DNA of 49,677 nucleotides, taken from Promethearchaeota archaeon (lineage in GTDB: Archaea > Asgardarchaeota > Lokiarchaeia > Sigyniarchaeales > SOKP01). The position numbers and the translations under genes were made by a program. Location of the stretch: assembly GCA_048939015.1 (NCBI GenBank), contig JBHLPW010000042.1, forward strand, positions 1 to 49,677, written 5' to 3'. The number at the start of each line of letters is the position of its first letter. The stretch's first letter is position 1. This document shows, piece by piece, positions 19,579-30,035 of this stretch. The notes beneath the pieces were generated by a model. The model was not told the origin of the DNA, ran no database searches, and saw only the letters and a list, made by a program, of their open reading frames with translations.

Positions 19579-20769
19579 TTAAGTTAAAATATAATTATCT
19601 AACGTTCTTAGCGGGATTTGAAATTTTTTGTAAATTTGAACATCTACAATAGGAAATTTTTCACTAATTTTTATTCTTAAATCTTTTTCATTTACCTTAC
19701 ATGATTTAGAAGGTTTTTTTCCTTTTAATATCAAATATAATGTGGGCATTTGAAGATTAGATGGTTCTATCTCATAATTCAGATATTTTAATGAAGAATT
19801 TAACGCATTAATTATATATTCTTCAAATTTTTTTTTAGTTTTTATCTCAACATTCAATTTAATTGTTTCCCATAGATATTTACGATTCATTAAATGCAGA
19901 ACTTTTACTTTTTTAACAAATTTATCTGAAATTTTTGAAATTTCTACTAAAAATATACCTCGTTTAAATGAATTATCCACAGAACAGACGGCTTCTGATG
20001 ATCCTGGATTATATATCCAATTTTGAATTATGTATTGTTTATGAAAATGACCTAAAGCTAAATAATCAATTCGGTGTTGAAGATGTTGAATATCTTCCAA
20101 TTTGACTCCAGGAACATTTTCCATCTGGCCTTCAATACCAAAATGCTGCAACAGAATATTAAATAAACTCTTGTTATTTCTAATTCCCTTCCTTATCTTT
20201 GAAAGAATTGAAATAGGTTTTTCGCCAAGATAACGTGTACCATAAATCATTACATTCTTGATTTGTATTTTCCCACCCATTTTAGTCTGAAAATTATATA
20301 AACTAAACATCTCTTTTGGAGGTGCTTCTAAATTAGCATCAAGAAGAATTATTAATCCTAAACTATTTAATAATTTCAACCATGATTGGCCTCGATGTTT
20401 GAATCTAAATCCTCTTGAAAACTTTCGGATGTCATGATTTCCTTCTATAGCGATTATTAAAATTGATCTATTTGAAAAAGCTCTAAAGTCATTTAATATC
20501 TTTATAATCTTAGTTAATTTTCCAGGTAAAATTTCTAATGAAGTAAAAATATCACCAGCTAGTAATATAAAATTAACCCGATGGATTATTGCCAATTCTA
20601 AAATTTCTTGGAAAGCATTAATAAAGTCATTAGATCTGTTTTCATTACGAAATTGAACTGCTCCAAGATGAATATCGCTAGCATGAATAAATTTTACCAT
20701 ATCCTGAGTTTCTTTATTATAAACTGAAAAGCTGCCAAATTTTTTTTCAAAATAATTCATGACTGTCAT
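19579..20769 (-). CDS. Mre11/SbcD-like metallophosphoesterase nuclease (start possibly at 20700)
   Basis: Motifs SDIHLG, AGDIF, IEGNHD, LQH, ALGHFH and YNPGS. Confidence 0.85.
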   Translation of the reverse strand: MTVMNYFEKKFGSFSVYNKETQDMVKFIHASDIHLGAVQFRNENRSNDFINAFQEILELAIIHRVNFILLAGDIFTSLEILPGKLTKIIKILNDFRAFSNRSILIIAIEGNHDIRKFSRGFRFKHRGQSWLKLLNSLGLIILLDANLEAPPKEMFSLYNFQTKMGGKIQIKNVMIYGTRYLGEKPISILSKIRKGIRNNKSLFNILLQHFGIEGQMENVPGVKLEDIQHLQHRIDYLALGHFHKQYIIQNWIYNPGSSEAVCSVDNSFKRGIFLVEISKISDKFVKKVKVLHLMNRKYLWETIKLNVEIKTKKKFEEYIINALNSSLKYLNYEIEPSNLQMPTLYLILKGKKPSKSCKVNEKDLRIKISEKFPIVDVQIYKKFQIPLRTLDNYILT

Positions 20770-20946
20770 AGTAAATGTACTGTATCATATTTATTTGTAA
20801 ACTTAATATTTATAGCAAAACCAGCTTTTTAAGCAAAGTAAGTCTTAAAAAATAGTGAAGAAGAATTTAATAAATCTTTAAATAAAATTATTAAGATTTT
20901 CTGAATTATTCGACTTACTGAATTATACAATTGGTTAAAAGTTAAT

Positions 20947-21528
20947 ATGAGCGATAAAGAATCTAAATATGAGATGGGAGTTATTCATGGAAGGTTTCAG
21001 ATATTACATAATGATCATATTAAATATCTTTTAGCAGGTAAACAATTTTGTAACCATCTCATAGTGGGTATCACCAATCCAGATCCTTCATTGACAAGAG
21101 ATTCGAAAACAAATCCCCATAGAAGTACTTCAATAGCTAATCCATTAAACTATTTTGAACGCTATTTTATGGTACAAGCTGCACTATTGGAGCAAGACTT
21201 AAAATATTCGGAATTTTCTATTGTTCCTTTTCCCATAAACTTTCCAGAATTATTAAAATATTATGTCCCTTTAGATGCTATCTTCTTTTTAACAATTTAT
21301 GATGACTGGGGCAGACAAAAAAGAAAGTATTTTGAATCTCTAGGATTAAATATTCATGTTCTATGGGAACGTAAACTGGAAAATAAAGGACTTAGCTCAA
21401 GTGATATTCGTGAAGATATGATTAAAAATAAAGAATGGGAACAATATGTTCCTAAAAGTGCGGCACAATTTATTAAGGATTGGGGTATAATTCGCAGGCT
21501 TAAAAAGTTAAGTCGAGAAGAACGATAA
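20947..21528 (+). CDS. Nicotinamide/nicotinate-nucleotide adenylyltransferase-like (cytidylyltransferase superfamily)
   Basis: HGRFQILHNDH (HxGH-like), VGITNP, NPLNYFER and SSSDIRE. Confidence 0.8.
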   Translation: MSDKESKYEMGVIHGRFQILHNDHIKYLLAGKQFCNHLIVGITNPDPSLTRDSKTNPHRSTSIANPLNYFERYFMVQAALLEQDLKYSEFSIVPFPINFPELLKYYVPLDAIFFLTIYDDWGRQKRKYFESLGLNIHVLWERKLENKGLSSSDIREDMIKNKEWEQYVPKSAAQFIKDWGIIRRLKKLSREER

Positions 21529-21741
21529 AATCTAACTTACAATTTTACTGTAATTATTAAGCCAGAAAGTCTTACTGATAAATAACTGTTAATATAACTC
21601 CGACCATATAATTATTAAATTAACATTTTTTGCAATTTTTTGTAATGATATACTTATAATTATTCGCTCTTAAAGCAATAAGAATATAGTTATAATAAAT
21701 AGCAAATAATACATTATATAACAACATAGAAAATATTAAAT

Positions 21742-22506
21742 TTGGTGAAAAAAACGTTTTTTCAAATTAATCCCGAGCTCAGTAGATTCATAATAATTTT
21801 TGCGCTTGGAATTTTGGCGTTGTTTTTTTCAATAATCGCTTTTCAAATTTTGAGGAGAAAAAGGCAACGGTTTCATATTATTACTAGTGGGTTTTATATT
21901 AGTCTATCAATTGGCTTTGTTTTGAATATGGTTTATGCCGCAATAAGCGACAATTTAGCTATTTTAATTCTCAATTTTTTGACGAATTTCTTCATATTTT
22001 TTGGGGTAGTTTTTCTTTTTATTGTAAACAATATCATCTTAGAATCTACTCTCATTTATTCAATAAAAAGACAAAATAGGTATATTTTGTTATATGGAAT
22101 TTTGCTTTTCATAGGTATGTTAATCTTAGTTTTAGTTGGATTAAAATTTGATCACCCTGATGAACCATTTTTAGGAGTGCAAATAATAAATGGTGCACCA
22201 CAATGGGGATTGATTTTTTTTTCCTATATTGTGTTAATGATGACCAGCTTTACAATTGTTCCAATTATTTATACTAATTTCAAAATCTATTCTCGTTTTG
22301 AAACAAAAGCCCTGAAAAGAAAATGGATCGCACACTTAATAGGTTTTTTAGGATTATCTGTTGATTTCTATATATTAATTATATATAATCTTTTAGATTC
22401 TGAGGTATTTAAAACTATTAGATCTATAATTAGTATATTTTCTATTTCAGTTATAATTTGGGGTTATTTAATGTATCGTGGTATCGGTATTAAACTAAAA
22501 GCATAA
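21742..22506 (+). CDS. Seven-transmembrane membrane protein
   Basis: Seven hydrophobic segments with basic inner loops and no soluble domain. Confidence 0.75.
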   Translation: MVKKTFFQINPELSRFIIIFALGILALFFSIIAFQILRRKRQRFHIITSGFYISLSIGFVLNMVYAAISDNLAILILNFLTNFFIFFGVVFLFIVNNIILESTLIYSIKRQNRYILLYGILLFIGMLILVLVGLKFDHPDEPFLGVQIINGAPQWGLIFFSYIVLMMTSFTIVPIIYTNFKIYSRFETKALKRKWIAHLIGFLGLSVDFYILIIYNLLDSEVFKTIRSIISIFSISVIIWGYLMYRGIGIKLKA

Positions 22507-22623
22507 TTTAATATCTAAATTTATTTTCCTTTTTTTCCTATGAAAGAATAGAAAATTTTATATATTGTTTTGAAAAGAATTAATTAGAATATTAAAAAAA
22601 TTGATAAGGATTAGGGAAATAGG

Positions 22624-23718
22624 ATGGCATCTTTAAGTAAAAGTCAATTAAAACTTCAAAAAGAGGATGCTTACTTTCAAAAAATAGTATTTCGAGATGG
22701 ACAAGAATATGGATTACGGTTAGCTACTCCAAAAGATGCTAAAAATGTTTCCCAAATGTTTAGAGAAATTTATAATTACAAATACATTAATCCAACAGTC
22801 TATGATATTGAACTTTTAAAGAAAGATATTTCAAAACCTAATAAGTTATGGGTTCTAAGCGATTTCTTGGAAAAAAAGTTGACTGTTGGTTGTGCTCTAG
22901 TTGAAAAGGAAAGATATATTGCCCATGCTGGCAGTTTAATTGTAAAAAAAGATTTTCAAAATAGAGGAATTACTTCGAAAATGGCTGCAGCAGGACTAAT
23001 ACAAGTAACAAAAATGCCTCAATTTAAAGACGTGTTAAGACTTAATATTGAAGTGCGTAGTCCAAAGACTAGAGTACAAACTGCTGCTCAAAATGCAGGA
23101 GCCATACCATATAGTATTATACCAGCTTATATTAATTTTGGAGATAAAAGAAATCTTGAATTTACTGATAAAAACCCTTGCCCCCCCCAACGGGAAGAAT
23201 CAGCAATACTTTTTTCGATGATATTCAGAAATCTATGGAAGAAAAGAGATAAAAATGTTTATCTATTGGATAATGAAGATCTAATATTCTTATATAAATT
23301 TGTTCGAAGCCAAACCAAAAAAATGTCAGATGATATAATAATTCTCAAAGAAGACAAAAAAAGTAAGGGATATGAACTTTATGGTGTTTCTAAGGATTAT
23401 TATATGGCAAACGTGAAACTGTATGGCTATATTAGAGAAAAATCTCTTAAAAATTTATTAAATTTATATAATAATTGGCGTATAGTTCTCTGGAAAATTC
23501 CTACAACTGAAAATGGAATTTCTTCGATGGCCCTTGCCTTAAAGAAAGGATTTAAAATAGTGGGATATGATATTGGTTTTAATAATGTGAATTGGACTTT
23601 GTTTGATTCAATTATATTCGCTTATTATCCAAATGGTAACTGGAACCTTTCAGATGTGAATTGTATTGATACTATTAAACCGCTATTTAATAGAATAAAA
23701 CAACAATTTATTCACTAA
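22624..23718 (+). CDS. GNAT-fold acetyltransferase-like protein
   Basis: LRLATPKDA and the acetyl-CoA motif VKKDFQNRGITSKM; probable second degenerate GNAT domain. Confidence 0.65.
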   Translation: MASLSKSQLKLQKEDAYFQKIVFRDGQEYGLRLATPKDAKNVSQMFREIYNYKYINPTVYDIELLKKDISKPNKLWVLSDFLEKKLTVGCALVEKERYIAHAGSLIVKKDFQNRGITSKMAAAGLIQVTKMPQFKDVLRLNIEVRSPKTRVQTAAQNAGAIPYSIIPAYINFGDKRNLEFTDKNPCPPQREESAILFSMIFRNLWKKRDKNVYLLDNEDLIFLYKFVRSQTKKMSDDIIILKEDKKSKGYELYGVSKDYYMANVKLYGYIREKSLKNLLNLYNNWRIVLWKIPTTENGISSMALALKKGFKIVGYDIGFNNVNWTLFDSIIFAYYPNGNWNLSDVNCIDTIKPLFNRIKQQFIH

Positions 23719-23735
23719 TACTTTAAACGTTATAA

Positions 23736-24188
23736 TTAGGTTAATAAAGATATTACTCTTTCTTCGAAAGTCTGAGTACCTGTACCGAAAATTTTGTTAA
23801 TTATTGCACTAAAAGGTTCAAATTGACCAACCTTTGTAAGATTACAACCATCAAACTGAGAAATAAATTTTTTTAATAATTTTTCCAATAATGGTAGAAT
23901 AGTTTTATGTAGATATTTCTCTAGTCTATAATCTTTATCCATAACTATAAAAGCAACAATTTCTTGAACGTTTCTAAAGAAATCTGTTATTATACCTTTC
24001 TTAAAAACTATGGAGTATTTATCACTTTCAAAATATTCTACTGGCTCCATTAAACATTCCGCAAAACCCAATAGTCCACTAAGCAAACCACTTGAACAAA
24101 TCAAATTTGTTTGTTTTTTACTAGCTCTATGATAGCTAGTGAATATAATGGGGATTCCATGGAAGAGTATACCAGCTTCTCGAATCAT
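23736..24188 (-). CDS. Longin-like domain protein
   Basis: Pattern MIREAGILFHGIPII..SGLLSGLLGFAECL..VEYFESDKYSIVFKK..C-terminal helices with FEPF, typical of Asgard longins. Confidence 0.6.
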   Translation of the reverse strand: MIREAGILFHGIPIIFTSYHRASKKQTNLICSSGLLSGLLGFAECLMEPVEYFESDKYSIVFKKGIITDFFRNVQEIVAFIVMDKDYRLEKYLHKTILPLLEKLLKKFISQFDGCNLTKVGQFEPFSAIINKIFGTGTQTFEERVISLLT

Positions 24189-24431
24189 TTTGGTGAACTT
24201 GCTGTATTATGATGTAAATTAAGCCAAATCGCAATTGCATAATATTCTTATAAGAATACCACTAATAACCGACGAAATTTTCATATTTAAATATAAGGGT
24301 TTTTAAAATTATTCCGTCTCGATAGCACAACAAGAAGATAAATGAATTAAATATCGAAGATTTCGGGTTTTGTTAAATAATTTTTACTTTATAAAATTAA
24401 AAAATGTAAAAAAAAGTAAAATAAAAAAGGG

Positions 24432-25871
24432 TTATTTTTTCTTTCTGCCTTTAGGTTCAATTTTTTTAATGACTATAGATTCAGCATGTATTTTACAGTT
24501 TTTGAGTATTACTTTAAAACCACCCGCTCCACCGACGCCAGGAATTGTCATTCCAATAGTTCCCATTGGGACCATGGCTCCTTCTTCTTCCCATTCTTCC
24601 TCTTCTTCCACTCCACCCACAGCAGCTTTGAATTCTTCAGTTTCAATAATTGGATGACCTATTTTTTCCAACCAAGCTGGTAATTCACTTAAATCAGCAA
24701 CATCTTCTTCAGTAGCAATTTTATCTCTCAAATCTTCTGGAAGAAATTCATATACTCGATCTTTAACAGTTTTTCCCATCCATACGATTGTATAAATGCC
24801 TCCTTTCAGTCCTGAGTTAATACCATCATATTTTTGGTATTTTGGTGATATAATATATTGTATGCTTATACCATTAAAGCCGGGCATTTGTTTACCTCCT
24901 CCTGTCTGATTAGCCATCGCACTAAATGGTAACCCGTTGATTGCTACACCATCAAAACTTCTATCAATAATTCCATGACCCGCACCTGTTTCGGGGATAA
25001 AGAAATCAATTGCTTCAAAACAACCACATGAGGTGTGGGGATACTCCATTCCCGAGTAAAGATAAATTCTATCTATTTCTCCGAGTGATCTTTTTTTTAT
25101 CATTTCATTTACACCTTCAAATTCACCTGCTAATTCGTTTATGCACTTACCCATAGGAACTTCAAAAAGAGGTCCTTTTGGATCTACTCTCGCTGCAGCT
25201 CTTGCATCAAACCATGAGATAGAACCACATAAACTCATCCGATTTGGTGTTATACAACATGCATGAGTTGGAGCAAAACTCTGGCATAAAACGCATCCAT
25301 AAAACATATCTACATCTTCATCATTTATACTACGGGCTCTTTCATCTCTTTTATTATATATATCTAAGGCATAATCATATGGCTTTTTGATTTTTTCAGC
25401 ATCTGTATAGATGGTTACTTGTGCTTTTTTAATGATTGGTAATTCTGCTTTATATAACCTTATAAGAATGGTACCAAGCATATTGAAGGAATTAAACCCT
25501 TTCTCAAAAGCACCTTTAGAAATACGCATCCAATTAGTATATCTCTGATTTAAGTGCATGATTCCATTTACAAAATTACAAAATTCATGGACCCTTCTTT
25601 CGAATACGGCTTCTAAATCTTCTTCAAGCTCAGGGCCCGCTACCTCCACTAGGATCCCTATAGGATATCTAGAGCCTTCTTCCATATCTTTAAGGTCAGG
25701 TCCTATAATCATCACTTTTCCATCTTCAATTTCTTTGTCTGGTTTAACCCTTACGAGCTCAAAATGTTGTTCTATTTTCGGACCACCAAGTTCGACATAC
25801 ATTTGATTTCCTCGAATTCTCTCACCCTCATAGACAGGGCCAACATCTACAGGCATATCAGCAAAACTCAT
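24432..25871 (-). CDS. cdhC: CO dehydrogenase/acetyl-CoA synthase complex beta subunit
   Basis: VGPVYEGERIR, A-cluster ligands CVLCQSFAPTH, LCG and HTSCGCFE, and a Gly-rich C-terminal tail. Start at ATG 25871 behind GAGGAG. Confidence 0.95.
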   Translation of the reverse strand: MSFADMPVDVGPVYEGERIRGNQMYVELGGPKIEQHFELVRVKPDKEIEDGKVMIIGPDLKDMEEGSRYPIGILVEVAGPELEEDLEAVFERRVHEFCNFVNGIMHLNQRYTNWMRISKGAFEKGFNSFNMLGTILIRLYKAELPIIKKAQVTIYTDAEKIKKPYDYALDIYNKRDERARSINDEDVDMFYGCVLCQSFAPTHACCITPNRMSLCGSISWFDARAAARVDPKGPLFEVPMGKCINELAGEFEGVNEMIKKRSLGEIDRIYLYSGMEYPHTSCGCFEAIDFFIPETGAGHGIIDRSFDGVAINGLPFSAMANQTGGGKQMPGFNGISIQYIISPKYQKYDGINSGLKGGIYTIVWMGKTVKDRVYEFLPEDLRDKIATEEDVADLSELPAWLEKIGHPIIETEEFKAAVGGVEEEEEWEEEGAMVPMGTIGMTIPGVGGAGGFKVILKNCKIHAESIVIKKIEPKGRKKK

Positions 25872-25905
25872 TTCACTAATCTCCTCATATTTTTTTAATA
25901 TCCTT

Positions 25906-26445
25906 TTATAATAATTCAATTAATTTTTCTAAAAATAATTTCCAATCTTCATCACTCAGATTTGGTAGACTAAATCTGGCATTAGGATGAGAATACTTAT
26001 CTAATTCAATTGTTTTTACCCAGTTTGTAAAGTTTTTAATACGAGATAGTGCCTGAGAGACATAGAATACTAGGTGTCCGCCGAAAATTGCCATTGAATA
26101 TTGACCCTCTCCGTCTAAACCAGTCCAGTCTTTATCACATAATCGATTAGTGATGTTAATTAAAGACATATCATATAAATTTCTATTAACAATTTTGTCC
26201 TTTAAATAACTGTAGGTATGACCTGTACTTACGACATGACAATCAATTTTGTTTGCGATATCTACCAAATAGTCGGCAACTTTTTTCTCGTCGAGTTTCC
26301 AACTTAAAGATTCAGCACCAATAATAAGTACTTTTTTTTTAGGGGTCTTAAGTAAATTCGCCATTACTGAAGGATCTGAGACTGAAGTTCCCATCTCAGG
26401 GCCAGGAATGTTAGCTTTTTGATATGGACGTGCCATTTCACTCAA
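25906..26445 (-). CDS. cdhB: CO dehydrogenase/acetyl-CoA synthase complex epsilon subunit
   Basis: Motifs PYQKANIPGP, WTGLDGEGQY, YVSQALS and YSHPNARFSLPNL; adjacent to cdhC. Confidence 0.9.
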   Translation of the reverse strand: MSEMARPYQKANIPGPEMGTSVSDPSVMANLLKTPKKKVLIIGAESLSWKLDEKKVADYLVDIANKIDCHVVSTGHTYSYLKDKIVNRNLYDMSLINITNRLCDKDWTGLDGEGQYSMAIFGGHLVFYVSQALSRIKNFTNWVKTIELDKYSHPNARFSLPNLSDEDWKLFLEKLIELL

Positions 26446-26589
26446 TTTCCTCTAGTTTTATTTTTAGCTGTAACTTTTAAAATAATTGTTATACTTAGAA
26501 TTATTAAGGACAATTTAAAAAAATTGTTTTTATTAAGTTTAACCTTAAAAAAAAGGATTTTTGAATAAATTAAAAGTGTAAATTCAATC

Positions 26590-26889
26590 ATGTGTGAATT
26601 TAAAATAATTAATGGAACTGATGGTTCTCAAATAGGAGAGGATATTCTAGTATTGTCATATACAGATGATAATGAACTAGTTTTTAAAGATGTCCTTGGA
26701 ATGGGTGAAAAATTAGAATCTGCCCTAATTTTAGATGTTAATACCTTAAATCAGAAGTGTATTGTCCTTCAACACCCGATAGTTAAAGATTTTATTAGTT
26801 TATTAAGGGGACTCAATGATAATAAAGTTAATTTAGAACAAATTGAAAATTTTCAAAAAAAAATTGAAGAAATAAAAGAAAATATTTAG
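26590..26889 (+). CDS. cooT: CooT-family nickel-binding protein
   Basis: MCE N-terminus, DVLG and short beta-rich core; divergent from cdhBC. Confidence 0.75.
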   Translation: MCEFKIINGTDGSQIGEDILVLSYTDDNELVFKDVLGMGEKLESALILDVNTLNQKCIVLQHPIVKDFISLLRGLNDNKVNLEQIENFQKKIEEIKENI

Positions 26890-26902
26890 GAATAAGAAGA
26901 CT

Positions 26903-28669
26903 TTAATTGAATTTTCTTTTGCCTAGAAAATATTTATAATAAATTGAAATAATACCTATAAAATTTATGATAATAAGCATCATTCCGATGATGTTGTATC
27001 CAGGAATACCTCTCCGATCATCATTTTCAGGCATTCCCACTTGATATGGAAGAAATCCATTTTTGCTAATTGTGAAAACTTTATTCTCTAATTCTATATC
27101 AGGAAATGGTACTGCAATAGTTCCATTTTCATTTGTTTTTCCCATCCAAATAAGTTGATTATTTTCGGTGTAAGTTACAGTCGCACCCGGAACTGGTTTT
27201 TGATTTGCAGTTACATTAAGGATCATTTCATTCGTATTGTTGTTATATGGTTGATTAATACTAACATTAAGTTGTTTAGGGATTGAAAGCCATATAGGAA
27301 CTTCAGGATCACCAAGCAAATTAAACTGTTTGAGTGTTTTATTTCCCCATTCTGGATATTCTTTAGGATCTGACAAATTAATTCTATCGAATGCATAATC
27401 TGCCTTTGCTAAAGCTAAAGCTTTACCAGGTTGATTATGTTGAAAAAGTTGTTCAAAAAAGCGGTAACCTAGTCCATCAACGAACCATCCTCCATGTTCA
27501 CGTTCATACCATTGATCTTCACCCCAAACTACGTAACTTCCTGCCACGCATCCAATTGCCGTATTTTTTAGAAAAAATTCTGCAATACAATCTACTGGGT
27601 AATCAAAAGTACCAACAGAACAGCTACCAAAATAATACAAACCCAACTTATCTCCTTCTATTAAATCAGTTGTAGATGAATTGAAGAGATGATACCAAGT
27701 ATTTACATCAATCATACTCCCTCCTCCAGTAAAGGGATTCGCAGTATAATCAAATAGCATGTCTCCATCATAGTCTGTAAGCCATTTACAAATAGACATT
27801 GCTAAAGGATTACCATGAGCGAAGATAGTACCTATACTACAACCTTGATTTATGGCATATTTCAGATTTGAATAAGTTAATTCCGCATCAGTATGATAAT
27901 CAGAACCTTTGATACCTTGAGTTTGAGCTAGGAATGTACTTGTCCAATTATCTGGGAGTAAAGTTTTGTTTACATAATGATTAAACCGATTCGAATCACA
28001 TTCTCCGTAATCTACAGCATCATCATGATTCCAATCTAAATCAAATTGAAGTATAGCACCAGCTAATATAGCATGAGACATCCATTCTCCAACAGGGGGG
28101 TTTTTCTCATAATTCAATATTCGTTGAACTAAATTAGTCATTTCAAAATTATTATTAGCAGTTAAACGTCCAATATAAATCTCAGCTTCATAATCAAAAT
28201 TTAATTGAGTCCAATCGTTATCAATATCTCCGTAATAGGAATCACAACAAACTACATCACCATCATAAGAATAACCATCATTACAAGTTATATATTTAGT
28301 TGGGACATGGTTATGATCTCCAGCTAGAAGAACCCATTGAGTCTTGTTATTTGATCTGTAATCTAATATGCAATTTTTAATTTTTTCAGGCAGACTTCCT
28401 CCTGAGTATTGTATTTCTATATCTCCAATAATCTCAATGTTTGAAATTACTCCTTTCTGTGTTTTCCATTCAGCTAAAGGTTTAAGAATAGACTTAAAAT
28501 CTTGTGTTGTAATGATTAAATAATCTACGGTCCTATTTGCTGCTGAAATAGCAAGTGAAGTAGATTTTCTGTCATTCATTTGAGTATTATTTTCTATAAT
28601 ACTAAAATTCACTGTGCAACCAATAATTAAAATGGCTATAACTAATAGTATGGATTTTCTTGATGTCAT
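26903..28669 (-). CDS. Secreted C25 (gingipain-family) cysteine peptidase with C-terminal IPGY/TM sorting signal
   Basis: Signal peptide; motifs DYLIIT, LAEWKTQKG, VLLAGD, CDSYYGD and YIGRL; catalytic FAHG and GSC; NLLGDP; C-terminal GIPGY + TM + basic tail. Confidence 0.9.
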   Translation of the reverse strand: MTSRKSILLVIAILIIGCTVNFSIIENNTQMNDRKSTSLAISAANRTVDYLIITTQDFKSILKPLAEWKTQKGVISNIEIIGDIEIQYSGGSLPEKIKNCILDYRSNNKTQWVLLAGDHNHVPTKYITCNDGYSYDGDVVCCDSYYGDIDNDWTQLNFDYEAEIYIGRLTANNNFEMTNLVQRILNYEKNPPVGEWMSHAILAGAILQFDLDWNHDDAVDYGECDSNRFNHYVNKTLLPDNWTSTFLAQTQGIKGSDYHTDAELTYSNLKYAINQGCSIGTIFAHGNPLAMSICKWLTDYDGDMLFDYTANPFTGGGSMIDVNTWYHLFNSSTTDLIEGDKLGLYYFGSCSVGTFDYPVDCIAEFFLKNTAIGCVAGSYVVWGEDQWYEREHGGWFVDGLGYRFFEQLFQHNQPGKALALAKADYAFDRINLSDPKEYPEWGNKTLKQFNLLGDPEVPIWLSIPKQLNVSINQPYNNNTNEMILNVTANQKPVPGATVTYTENNQLIWMGKTNENGTIAVPFPDIELENKVFTISKNGFLPYQVGMPENDDRRGIPGYNIIGMMLIIINFIGIISIYYKYFLGKRKFN

Positions 28670-28808
28670 TTAGGTTATGATTACTTTCAATTATTTATAT
28701 TTTTGCTAACTTTCCAAAGCAATTCTTTAAATTAGGACTTAATTTGTCGAAACAATAGGGTAAAAATAATTGAAGGACTAACCTTTTTTAACTAAATATA
28801 CTTCATAA

Positions 28809-29675
28809 ATGAATATGGAAGCAATATTTTATGATGATATAAATATATTTCATGATTTTGTATTCCCCTTTTTAATTAAACATGAGGTTGAAAATGGTAT
28901 TCTATTGGCCATTCTCAATAATCTTAAGAAAGATTTTCATAGGTATGGTCATGAGAAACCAACTTTATGTGTAATTGAAGAAGAAAGCGAAATTAAACTT
29001 GTCTCTATAAGAACACCACCTTACAATCAACTATTGTCTTATACTAAGGATTTAGATTCAATTAATATTCTAGTTGAAACCTTATTTAAAAGAGGGGAAA
29101 AATTACCCGGAGCTTTAGGATTTAAAAAAGGAGTGAATTATTTCGTCAATTTGTGGTGTAAAAAGAATGCTTTAAACTCTGAGATAATAAGAAACGAAAG
29201 AATTTATAAATTAGAAACTGTAAAAGAGGATACCATAGGAGATCATGATTTTATTAAGGTAACAAAAATGCATGAAAAAATTGTGCTTCAGTGGACACGG
29301 GAGTTCATGATAGAGGCTCTTAATGAAAGAAATCCGCAGATGATAGAAAGATCGTTGAAAAGACTCAGAATTGATATGAATGGGGGAAGATTATTTTTAT
29401 TAATCGATAAGGGAGAGCCTGTTTCATTAGTACGTAAAGCAGGTAACTCTCCTAATGGTATTGCCGTTAATAATGTTTATACTCCACCTAATTTAAGAAG
29501 AAAAGGATATGCAACTGAATGTGTAGCAAAGTTAAGTAAACGTTTGTTGGGGGAAGGGTATAAATTTTGCTTTCTTTTTACAGATTTGAGTAACCCAACT
29601 TCTAATAGCATATATCAAAAAATTGGGTATCGTCCAATTATTGATGTTGACGAATATAAATTTGAACCAACATAA
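28809..29675 (+). CDS. GNAT family N-acetyltransferase
   Basis: Motifs VYTPPNLRRKGYAT and LFTDLSNPTSNSIYQKIGY. Confidence 0.9.
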   Translation: MNMEAIFYDDINIFHDFVFPFLIKHEVENGILLAILNNLKKDFHRYGHEKPTLCVIEEESEIKLVSIRTPPYNQLLSYTKDLDSINILVETLFKRGEKLPGALGFKKGVNYFVNLWCKKNALNSEIIRNERIYKLETVKEDTIGDHDFIKVTKMHEKIVLQWTREFMIEALNERNPQMIERSLKRLRIDMNGGRLFLLIDKGEPVSLVRKAGNSPNGIAVNNVYTPPNLRRKGYATECVAKLSKRLLGEGYKFCFLFTDLSNPTSNSIYQKIGYRPIIDVDEYKFEPT

Positions 29676-29750
29676 CGGACTTAAAATATTAAAAGAAAAA
29701 AAAGAAGCGAGAAAGTCTCCTGATTTTCTCCTGTATTAATTTAGAATTCT

Positions 29751-30035
29751 TTACTTTTTAGGCGGCAGAATTTCAATTTCAATTGATGAAACATTACTAT
29801 TTGTGCCATCGGTGTTTGTAATTGTTTCAGTTCCAATCAGTATTTCTCCGTATTTACTTCCTGAAACAAATTTATTTATCAAAATTTCAGCTACATCTAC
29901 TGCACGAGAAATGGATCGACCTCGAGCTAATAGTTTCACTGGTTTCTCATTTAACACAACCATGGCTGCCATCACATAGCTCATTGATTTCTTTCTACCA
30001 ATAAAAACTTTTGAATCATCAGCTTTTTTAGCCAA
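29751..30035 (-). CDS. albA: DNA/RNA-binding protein Alba
   Basis: Motifs VFIGRKKSMSYVMA, LARGRSISRAVDVAE and NVSSIEI. Confidence 0.95.
   Translation of the reverse strand: MAKKADDSKVFIGRKKSMSYVMAAMVVLNEKPVKLLARGRSISRAVDVAEILINKFVSGSKYGEILIGTETITNTDGTNSNVSSIEIEILPPKK

Noticed and set aside
12458-21528. pncB and NMN adenylyltransferase as a counter-module to the TIR NADase
   Set aside because: The genes are 7 kb apart and far from the TIR gene; ordinary NAD salvage explains them.
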